From: Paraphysomonas bandaiensis | Lineage: Eukaryota > Protista > Chrysophyceae | Assembly: GCA_965644295.1 (NCBI GenBank) | Contig: CBFFRP010000248.1 | Span: 1 to 58,360 of the forward strand | DNA: 58,360 bases | Direction of reading: 5' to 3' | Part shown: piece by piece, positions 49,520 to 58,360 of the stretch | Layout of the letters: each line of letters starts with the position of its first letter | Position numbering within the stretch: position 1 is the first letter of the stretch | Notes under the pieces: model-generated | Database searches by the model: none | What the model was told of the DNA's origin: nothing | The model's input: only the letters and a program-made list of their open reading frames with translations | Position numbers and translations under genes: made by a program

Positions 49520-49634
49520 TATTACTGAAAATTGCCGGGACATAGTTTATTGTTTATTAGTGGCCATTATAATCGCAGAGTACTGGGCACCCATTAATGG
49601 GCCATAACTGTTACCAGTTATAGTTACCAGGCCT
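49520..49634. mobile_element. Diverged terminal relic of hAT family A
   Basis: GCCATTATAAT...CCATTAATGGGCCAT...GTTACCAGGCCTG resembles the reverse complement of the family's left end. A further diverged internal fragment lies at ~47775-47860. Confidence 0.6.
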
Positions 49635-50076
49635 GCAGCTGTAAAGATGCGTATATCAAAGATAGTCCCACTGAACCGGATTCCCTTCCCAATGGTGCCC
49701 CTGACAAACTGAAATATAGATAACTTATTAAAATGGCATACTGGTACATGATGATGAGAAAATTTATCAACAAGTTTTACTCAGATGAATACAAATAGCG
49801 ACCTCTACAGTAATTCTTCGTTCTTTATTGGATAGGTTTCTCCGAACTTCATATCTGTGGGCGCCCAAGAACCAGAAAAGAACTGAAATTTCATGACATA
49901 GCAGACATCGGGCATTGTAGTTAACCTTCAATGTAACTCTAACCCATAATTTATATTACCACATACTATATATACGCTCTTATGCAACGTACCACCTCAT
50001 CATTTCCTACATATTTACAAATAGGATTCCAAAACGTCAAATACTCTTTTATCGTCATCGCTTAACAGCATGACAA

Positions 50077-51450
50077 TCACTTATGCGCAGCTGTTTGCAC
50101 AATATCATCACACACCGAGACAAACTCATCACACGATAGCTCAGTTTTTCCTACAAAACCCAGCTTCTCTAATGTATCATCTAACAATGCCCTTACAGGC
50201 TGATCTTGTGGCTCTGATATGAACATCCATTCATCAAATAGCACAGGAACAGCGTCTATAGGAATGCATTCCAGCATTGAGCCTGCAGTAAGTCAATTAT
50301 ATCGGATTGCAGAAACGTCATGAGATTACCGGTGTAGCCCAAAAAAGCCTCAACTTGCCATCCTCTGCCAGAGTGAAATGGCGCAAGGCTATCTTTCAAT
50401 TTCGTATGTTCTTGAACCAGATACGCAAACTGTGACTGCTCCTTCAGGAATGAACTGCTCAATCGCCTCGCTTTGTCATCTCGATAGTCGTATTCTTCCT
50501 CGATGTTAGTTAGCTAGTAGAAAAAGGTAAGTCGGATATTGAACATAGTAAGAGTAGCCACCTGTAGGCGCTTGCTAGCAACTATCTGTAAAAGTGAACG
50601 ATGCTTGGCATGTAGGTCACGAATTTGATTATCAAATCGAGCTACTCAATAAATTACAGAAGAAAGAGGCTACATACTCCAGTTTTACCTCGCAACATAC
50701 TTAACTCGGACCGCTTCTCTTCAATTTCTAAATTGACAGCATCATGTGACTTCAGTTTTAAACCATTTCTCCGTGACCTCTGCTCGTGGAGAAAACCCTC
50801 CCGCTGACTTCGTAAATTTTCTTTCGCTATCGCTTCTTTTTCAAGTTTGGGAAGCACGCTACGCAGCTCAGAATTAAGTATAGTTAATTCCAACTTCAAA
50901 TTCTCTTCTTGAAATGTCGTCTTGTTAAGTGAGGAGATGTCCTGAGAACTCGAGGACTGTTTTTGGTTTCGCTCTTGCTCCTGCCACCTCACCTCATCCA
51001 TTGCAAGGAGTATATTAGCCTCCATCCGAAGGGCGGAGTACTTCTCATCATAGGAGTGTGCATCTCTCTGAAGGGCGTCTTTGTCCTCCTGAAGGTTCTT
51101 TAAAGTTGTCGACATATTTCTTATTTGCTCTCGCAGAGCAGAAATATCAGCAGACGCCATAGTGTGCTCTCTCTATAGTTAACAATGAGCGCTGTACGTA
51201 TGCCTGAATCTCGCTCTCTTTGAGCTCCTGGGCTGTCAGCGGCAGCATTGAGTGTAACCTCTCTGCATGCAGCCCTCTGTATAATGATGTGTATACGCAC
51301 TGTATATACAATATACGAATGTATGATATACCGCTGTAGGAATTCCTACGTCTCTGGTACTCCTGCTGTCGATGTAGCATCATCAGCTGAAGGTGTCGGT
51401 CGCTCTCTGTTTATCACATCTGCATTAGCTCTTCTCTGATATCCATGTAT
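50077..51450 (-). CDS. Hypothetical coiled-coil protein, multi-exon, possible C-terminal EF-hand-like region
   Basis: Adjacent minus-strand ORFs 51147-51383, 50654-51160 (heptad-rich), 50256-50462 and 50077-50277 with plausible short introns. Ends uncertain. Confidence 0.5.
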
Positions 51451-51734
51451 GGTGACTGTTGTTTGGTTGCTGTTGCAGTACCATGGAGTAGGTAGCTGCT
51501 AATTGCTTGTTCTTGCAGTTGATGGATATTGCTGTCAACCTGTTTTTTTATCTGAAACATCGTATAAAACTCTCTCGGATGAGGGAGCGAGTGAGTGAAG
51601 TGAGTTGCAAGTTGTCAGAACACACAGCGGTTTCTTTGTTCGTATTGGTTAGATGTGTAGATGTGGTCTGGAGTCTATCGTATAGATATGTATACTGCTG
51701 TATTCATCACAGTTGGGCAGTGCAAGTGATAACA

Positions 51735-53306
51735 TGAGTGGTGTATGTTCCAGCTCTTCTTATCTTACAAACGAAAAGGGAATCAACTGTGGAGTGTTTA
51801 TAGGAGGAACCCGACAAGTTAGCTCCGATGAATTCTTAACGATTTCCACCCTCATGTGCACCCACATGTATTTGAGAAGTTGTTCGATTCCTCAAGTTAC
51901 AGATAAAAGAAGAACGAGAGACAACATCATATGATCCGTTTCTTGATGTTTGCGCAGATATTGGCACCACTATAATAAAGGAACCAAATTCTCAGTTGCA
52001 GAAAATTTTGTTTGACTTGAATTCACCTGAATTTATTGGGCTAGCTATAGATGAAACTAGGGCAATGCCTTGGTTAATTACACTTATAATTGGCATGAAA
52101 ACATTAAAAGCTGCCAATAAAGAGAGTCGAGAGTCCCGCCCGAATGCATGTCAAGCGATTCATCACGCAAAGTCCCTCATGCGACGATCACTGGAGTCGT
52201 TGCATTTGCTGCAGTTGTGTGCCACATTCATTCAAGAGGTGGAGTCTTTTATCGTATCACTAGAGAAGGACCAATTCTTTGTTCGGAATTTGCAGAATTG
52301 TCTGCTGTGGCAAGAGCACTCACTCGTTTCTTAATGGCGCCACCAGAGCATCTTTGCATAAACATTGATACTTGCCATGATGATATGTGGCCAGTGTTTA
52401 AGCGTTTTACACTTCTAAGTCACGGGGGAAGTTCATTGGTGGTTAGCGAGAAAAAAAAGAGCGCGTTCGGAGCATTGTTTCCTCTCAACACGGAGAGTCC
52501 GCAGCCGGATGATGAACAGTGGATCGGGAAAGTTTTCCGAAACATTTGTATTGATGAATGTGCGCATCTAAAAGTTTTGTACGAACAATATGGTTTTCAA
52601 TTTTACACAGCATGATGGAGTGGTACTGCTGACGAATATGGTTGGTGCTAATCCAGATTCATATGACAGGAAATCTGTTCAATTTTTGAGTGCTTGTCGG
52701 GAACTAATTTCTCGACTACACAAACAAAGTTTTGTTCATGTCGCCCGTATCGAAACAGATTACCGGCTCGATATTGCGATAATACGGAGGGCAAATTTCA
52801 TAATCGACGCCAAAGGCTGTGGAAGAGTAATTTAAAGTATGGTCGCGGTAGATGAATTTTGTTTGTACCACGGGACTATTGAAACTGCCTCGCCATACGT
52901 CTCGTCAAAGTTATTGGAATACAAAGCGGGCAAAGCAAAACACGTACAGTTGCTCCATATCGATGATGCGGTATGTTTCATGCTGTGTGCATTTATTGTT
53001 CGTTTTAACTATCATGAAATCACACTTGCCATTCGAAGTGGCTCAGATCTGTTGATTATTTGGACTTCAATTTTAAATGATTTCTTTCTGAAAACAACAA
53101 TATCTGCTCAAGAAATATTGTTAATCTCGTTGGTAAAAACTTCACTGGAAATTTGCTGTGGGGCACTGCGTTATGAAAACTACGACGCTCATCTTGAGTT
53201 GACTACCAAACTAATGCGAAACTTTATTGACTTGGCCGGAGAGAACAAGATCACGGAAAAGTTGCAAGATCAAATGAAGATAGTTATATTTAACCACGGG
53301 CAATAA
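51735..53306 (+). pseudogene. Decayed ORF with REase-like segment followed by kinase-like segment (Crinkler-type architecture suspected)
   Basis: Overlapping, frameshifted ORFs without obvious introns: LIIGMK...CQAIHHA; LLSHGGSSLVV; KVF...DECAHLKVL; LHKQSFVH...IIDA; YHGTIETAS. Confidence 0.45.
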
Positions 53307-53407
53307 GGAGGCTATATCGTCCCGCGCTCAAAATTTTGAAACGAGGGCGAAAAGCCCGAGTTTTAAAATTTAGACAAGGGACGATACTCCTTATCCCTAG
53401 GTTAAAT
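53288..53407. other. ~120-bp imperfect palindrome / hairpin
   Basis: Nested complementary arms TTTAACC/GGTTAAA, ATAAGGAG/CTCCTTAT, ATCGTCCC/GGGACGAT and AAATTTTGAAAC/GTTTTAAAATTT, closing on GGGC-GAAAA-GCCC. Confidence 0.9.
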
Positions 53408-54189
53408 TGTAGCTTATCCTCATGACGTTGAAAAGTTAATATTAGATTGTATAGCTATTTGTAGCATGCTTGCTGTATTAAGAAATAGATGTTTCTTGAT
53501 TAACATGAATAACACAAATAAGAACTCATATAGTTTCAAATGAATGATATGTATACTGTAAGTGTGATAATAAATGTAAACAGTTGAAGATGAAAGAGAG
53601 GCTTCTTATTACCTTAATTAGCATCATCATCACATTTATATACAGCAGGCTTTACCTCTGCAAGTGTACCTTATCGAAGGATGTGTGTATGATATGAGAC
53701 ACACAATATCCTGGGAAGCACGATATGGCTCCAACCCTGAAAGAACTGGGTGCCACTGCTCTTAACCACCTATATAGCATCAGATATGGTACTTAAACTC
53801 TCCTGTAATATTCTTGAAGTTGTTTCGAAGTCCTGGATATGAAGACAGATCACTTGCACTGACATCGTTGTGATCTTCTACAGCAGTCGAAGGATGGAAT
53901 ATAACTTGGAGTTAGATGATCTGCTCTTGATATTTGGCTCATGATTGTGGTTTCTCTATAATTGTGTACTATAATGAAATCACGTACATTCGACTGTCAT
54001 TATCATAATGAAGATAGAAGTGAGCTTCTGTTCAACCGAATATTGAAGTTGAATGTCTATATTTGCCCGGTGGTGATATGAGCGCCCTGTTGAGCCCAAA
54101 TCAGGTCAAAAAAAGCATTTTTTGAGACAAAATGGGGATAAATTCATATGATGTTATGCATTGTTGTGGTGTGTGTATGCACAGTCATA

Positions 54190-54480
54190 TTTAGCCTATC
54201 ATACTAAAATTGCATCAACCAAAATCGTAGCGCTTGCCGTAGAATTATTCTGTTATATCTCTGTCCTCATCACCTCCTCTGGATGTAATAGAACGTGTCG
54301 CATGAGAAATTGAAGGTGTGCGAGAGATGGTTCTGCCCACTTATGGCCCGTCCACCCTTGCGCATCTACCAGGCCTTCTACAGCAAGCGGATACCCGTTC
54401 CGCTCCGTTAAATATCCAGTTACCCCACTCCAATTGGTGGCAATCACAGGAGTACCACACGCCATGCTCTCCACGTGGTA
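54190..54480 (-). pseudogene. Glycosyltransferase family 4 (Glycos_transf_1) gene fragment
   Basis: HVESMACGTPVIATNWSG...NGYPL...HKWAEPSLAHLQFLMRHV...PEE, then an intron-like segment. Truncated on both sides. Confidence 0.8.
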
Positions 54481-54617
54481 ACCCAGGGCAATTAAAAAGG
54501 AACCCAGGTGATGTTAAGCGTCCTGGAGATGTACGTATCCTTACCAGAGATCAACTTGATGTTGAAGAGGATCAACAAGGAGATGACAATCCTTTGGATG
54601 ACCTTTGAGCACAATCA

Positions 54618-57600
54618 GTGATAGCAGCTATGCGGAATTACAATGATACTTCCAGCAGATTTCGTAATGCTGTACATAGGCAAGGAATGATAATAAATAA
54701 TTGTGGTGATAAGATTAATGTGGAAATGGTTTTATTTGATTCCGGATCATCTTCGGATAATTTTATTTCATCAAATTTTGTTAAGAAGTGTGGGGACAAA
54801 TTGTTAAAGGATATGGTACATAAAAAATTGAGGGTCAAAGTAGCAGACGGACATCAGATTGAACTAAAAGGGTATATTCCTGTTACAATTGCTTTTGAAG
54901 ATGATGGTAAGACCTACAAAGCACAACTTTCACTGTATGTTTTGGACGGTTTGGCAAAGGACATTATTATAGGATTACCGGCAATCTGTGAGCATTTTTC
55001 CGAACTATTTATGAATATGATTAAGAAAGCATCACTGAGTGTTGAACAATCTGTTAATTTAAGTGAAATAGAAGTTCTTGCCAATATTGGGGATGACATT
55101 GACGAACTTAGGAGATATATGTCGTCAGGACCAGTCTGTAATCCATGGGAGAATCCAATTCCAGAACAGTCAGAGGAAGATGATATGATCCCTGAACCAT
55201 GTAGTTTTGGAAGTTTAGTGACTTTTTTGGAACAGTCAGTGGATGAGGCTAGGGAGAAATATTTTAGTGAACTAGAATCAAAAGTACATCCTGATTTCGC
55301 TCAACAAACTGATATATTGAGAGTTTTGAGAGAGGATGCAGTTGATGTTTTTGTTCCTAGAGAGTGGACTGGAATTCAGCATGTTCCTGAGTTAAAATTA
55401 AAGGTGAAAAGTACTATTCCTGATAGAATTAAACCCAAGAATATGAGAAGGATACCACCTATGTTATATGAACGTACGAAGGAGGAGTTCAATAGGATGT
55501 GCGGATACTTTTATCGTCCCAGTACGAGTCCTTATGCATCTCCAATTGTAGTAGCACCCAAGGCTACGAAACCTTTTATTCGAATATGTGGTGATTACAG
55601 GCGTGTTAATTTAGAGATTGAAAGTCCGCATTATCCCATACCAGATGTTATAAAAGAATTACATAAAGCAGCTGGGTATAAGGTGTTCATTGATTTGGAT
55701 ATATGTAATGCTTTCCATGGGATTAGACTTCATGAATCAGTTTCAGCACTGTTGTCAGTTCAAACTCCATGGGGTCAGTTCGAACCAAAGTTTATGCCAG
55801 AGGGAGTTTCTCCGGCAAGTGGAGTTTTGATGCATGTAGTGTCTGATATTTTCAATGAATTCTCAGAGTGGATGGTAGTGATATTTGACAACTTACTGGT
55901 GTTAGCGCATGACTATCAGGATGCTATTGAGAAGTTCAAGAAAGTCATTAAAAAATGTACTTATTATAACGTCGTGTTGAAATTGTCGAAAAGCAAATTT
56001 GGCTATTCATCAGTGGAATTTTTCGGCTATCTTTGTAAGGACAACACTTACCAATTAACTGAGGCCCGAAAATTATCAGTAACTGCAATTGAATTTCCAG
56101 AAGGGAAAAACAAGACGAAACAAATGCAGAGATTTCTTGGAGCGGCAATATATTTTAAACCTTTTATTCCGTTATATAGTGACCTTACTCATAAGTTACA
56201 TGACATGACGAAGAAGAATTTTGACTGGAATGAGAATTGTTGGAAAGTAAATTACAGGGAGGAATTTAGTAGATTTAAAGAGGCGATTTTAAAATCTCTT
56301 ACTCTGTATCATCCCGACTATTCTTTAAGATGGATCTTGATGACAGATGCTTCGTTTTATGCATGTGGAGGTGTGTTGTTACAAATTTTCATTGACGCCA
56401 ATGGTCAAGAATTCTATCAAGTAATTGCAATGGTGTCGAAGAAATTTTCGGAACCAACATTGAAGTGGTCCACTATTGACAAGGAGTGTTTTGGAATATT
56501 CTTTTGTGTATATGCTTTGTCGTATTATTTGAGAGGTAAAAAGTTCACGATCATGACGGATCACGCCAATCTTAAATGGATGGAAGTTTCGGTTGTTGAC
56601 AGAATAGTACGCATGCGGATGTTTATACAGAACTTCAATTTCGACTTGCTTCATTTCAAGGGAAAGTTAAACAGATTTGCTGATTGGTTATCTCGTAAGG
56701 ATCAGGAATCGGCTGTGGCTCATGTTATGTTGTTGTCCATAAGTATAGACTGTTTTCCTGAGGAGAGTCTAATATATGGGGAAATTGTTATATTTGAAAA
56801 TACAGATTTGCTACCGGAAGATCAACTGATTGAATTAAATTGTATAGGAGAATGGAGTTCTGAATCAGATGACATAGCATGTTGTGCTGTATTTTCTTCA
56901 GAGATCATAGCAGCTCTTGAAGAACTAGCGAGTCAAAATTTACGGCCTAAATCAGTTAAGGAAGCGTTTGATTTGGTTCATAACGGTCGTATGGGGCATC
57001 ATGGTACTAAGAGGACATGGTTGAAATTGTCCAAAGTATTTCCTGGACATACAATAACTACGGAAGTTATTCAAGATTTGATTGATCGTTGTCCAATATG
57101 CCAGAAACTGAATGCGGGTATGAGTACTTCATTACAAGCGCCGATTAGAGCACTTGACTCAGAGCATTGTCGTCAATTTGTAGGTTTTGATACGCTTACA
57201 GTTTCACCGCCGGACAAGTATGGACATTGTTGTATACATGTTGTCAAACAGATGCCTTCTCGTTTAATCGGTCTTTATCCAGCTAAGGATTACAAAGCGG
57301 TTGGAGTTGCACGTGCATTGTTCAGTTATTTTGTTACATATGGAATATCAGAAGTTATGATATCAGACCCTGGATCTAATATTACAGCAGAGGTTGTACA
57401 ATTGCTTTTGAAATGGTTTGGTGTGCGTTTTCGAATGTCTTTAGTAGATCGACATGAATCAAATATGGTTGAGAGAACTCATCAAGAGACGCTAAGGTTT
57501 CTAAGTGCATTGGTGCATGATGAACGTTTACAGGATGTATGGGGAGATCCAGAATGTTACTTACTGATTCAGTTCATTCTTAATGATGAAGTTAGTAGTG

Positions 57601-57683
57601 AGACTGGTTTGTCGCCATTTGAGTTTACATTTGGTACCGCTGCTATGCCATACTTTAAATTAACGGATATAATGTTAATGTGA
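54618..57683 (+). CDS. pol: Gypsy Pol: aspartic protease, RT, RNase H, integrase
   Basis: PR LFDSGS; RT YASPIVVAPK, RICGDYRRVN, DLDICNAFH, MPEG, VIFDNLL; RH TDAS, DKEC, TDHANL, ADWLSR; IN HHCC (VHNGRMGHHG...CPICQK), SDPGSN, VERTHQ. Confidence 0.95.
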   Translation: MIAAMRNYNDTSSRFRNAVHRQGMIINNCGDKINVEMVLFDSGSSSDNFISSNFVKKCGDKLLKDMVHKKLRVKVADGHQIELKGYIPVTIAFEDDGKTYKAQLSLYVLDGLAKDIIIGLPAICEHFSELFMNMIKKASLSVEQSVNLSEIEVLANIGDDIDELRRYMSSGPVCNPWENPIPEQSEEDDMIPEPCSFGSLVTFLEQSVDEAREKYFSELESKVHPDFAQQTDILRVLREDAVDVFVPREWTGIQHVPELKLKVKSTIPDRIKPKNMRRIPPMLYERTKEEFNRMCGYFYRPSTSPYASPIVVAPKATKPFIRICGDYRRVNLEIESPHYPIPDVIKELHKAAGYKVFIDLDICNAFHGIRLHESVSALLSVQTPWGQFEPKFMPEGVSPASGVLMHVVSDIFNEFSEWMVVIFDNLLVLAHDYQDAIEKFKKVIKKCTYYNVVLKLSKSKFGYSSVEFFGYLCKDNTYQLTEARKLSVTAIEFPEGKNKTKQMQRFLGAAIYFKPFIPLYSDLTHKLHDMTKKNFDWNENCWKVNYREEFSRFKEAILKSLTLYHPDYSLRWILMTDASFYACGGVLLQIFIDANGQEFYQVIAMVSKKFSEPTLKWSTIDKECFGIFFCVYALSYYLRGKKFTIMTDHANLKWMEVSVVDRIVRMRMFIQNFNFDLLHFKGKLNRFADWLSRKDQESAVAHVMLLSISIDCFPEESLIYGEIVIFENTDLLPEDQLIELNCIGEWSSESDDIACCAVFSSEIIAALEELASQNLRPKSVKEAFDLVHNGRMGHHGTKRTWLKLSKVFPGHTITTEVIQDLIDRCPICQKLNAGMSTSLQAPIRALDSEHCRQFVGFDTLTVSPPDKYGHCCIHVVKQMPSRLIGLYPAKDYKAVGVARALFSYFVTYGISEVMISDPGSNITAEVVQLLLKWFGVRFRMSLVDRHESNMVERTHQETLRFLSALVHDERLQDVWGDPECYLLIQFILNDEVSSETGLSPFEFTFGTAAMPYFKLTDIMLM

Positions 57684-58192
57684 GTAGCTCTATGGAGTAT
57701 ATTGCCAAGTTTAATGAACATCTTGAGACGATTCGTGAAATTGCAAATGAGGTTCAGCGTAAGATACAAAACAAGCGTAAATCTAAGACGCCAGCTGAGA
57801 ACTTAACCCAATATCAACCGGGCCAACTTGTATTATTCCAATTAAATCCAAAGCGCCACAAGCCTACGAAGTTATATCCTCGTTTTAAGGGACCTTATGA
57901 AGTGGCGTCAACTTATAAAGCTGATGTTACATGTGTTCATATTGTCATGCGTTTTGAAGTGGTATTGCACATGTCATGGCTTAAACCGTTTTTTGGAACA
58001 CTTGATGATGCATATCGTGTAGCCCAAATTGATTTCAACCAACATACAGTGCATTCTATCGTTGCTCATAGAGGAGATCCTGAAGTGCGCACTACAATGG
58101 ATTTTCAAGTACAGTTTGAGGATGGTTCTTTGTTGTGGATACCATGGTCCCTAGATATTTTCCTCTACTTCACATTTCCAATTATACTGTGA
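57680..58192 (+). CDS. Frameshifted Pol C-terminus: GPY/F motif and chromodomain-like module
   Basis: KLYPRFKGPYEV...VLHMSWLKPF; HSIVAHRG...FQVQFEDGSLLWIPW. Confidence 0.8.
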   Translation: MSSSMEYIAKFNEHLETIREIANEVQRKIQNKRKSKTPAENLTQYQPGQLVLFQLNPKRHKPTKLYPRFKGPYEVASTYKADVTCVHIVMRFEVVLHMSWLKPFFGTLDDAYRVAQIDFNQHTVHSIVAHRGDPEVRTTMDFQVQFEDGSLLWIPWSLDIFLYFTFPIIL

Positions 58193-58360
58193 ACAACGAC
58201 CATATCTTTTTCCGTTACTATTTACTGCTACCATGGCTAAAGCTGAACGTACTCGTATGAAGCGTATTCCTATTGAGGGAGTGTCTCCTGGTCAAACTAT
58301 TTATGTAGATTTGCGTGCTTGGGGTGCCGATTTTTATGATACACTAGACTTACCGAATTG

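Larger units (their letters stand above)
54480..58360 (+). mobile_element. Ty3/Gypsy LTR retrotransposon interior (gag tail + pol with chromodomain-like tail); no 5' LTR seen; continues off window
   Basis: Domain order PR-RT-RH-IN. Frameshifts near 57670 and 58160. Confidence 0.95.

Overview
Gene-dense eukaryotic genomic DNA with short (~45-65 nt) GT-AG introns. A stramenopile/ochrophyte-like protist is my inference, not established. The left end carries the 5' part of a non-LTR retrotransposon (minus strand) with a very unusual polyprotein: OTU-like cysteine-protease motifs, then a SET methyltransferase domain, then an APE endonuclease, then the start of the reverse transcriptase (frameshifted, running off the window). 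The middle holds a solitary 5S rRNA gene and host genes: a SAM methyltransferase, an ATRX-like ADD+SNF2 remodeler, aldose 1-epimerase, a UBZ-AlkB dioxygenase, SERRATE/ARS2, a UBL-TM protein, an MFS transporter, acylaminoacyl peptidase, a WNK/NRBP-like pseudokinase, a TBL/PC-esterase and an EF-hand-like protein. These are interspersed with three deletion derivatives of one hAT family (8-bp TSDs), a second hAT-like MITE and a MULE-like element with a 9-bp TSD. Long (TACA)n tracts sit in two divergent promoters. The right end has a decayed nuclease/kinase-like ORF ending in a ~120-bp hairpin, a glycosyltransferase fragment fused to the interior of a Ty3/Gypsy element, and that element's pol, which has an in-frame gag/pol TGA, a non-canonical RT motif (IFDN) and a chromodomain-like tail. 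Coordinates and splice models were read by eye and may be off by a few bases.
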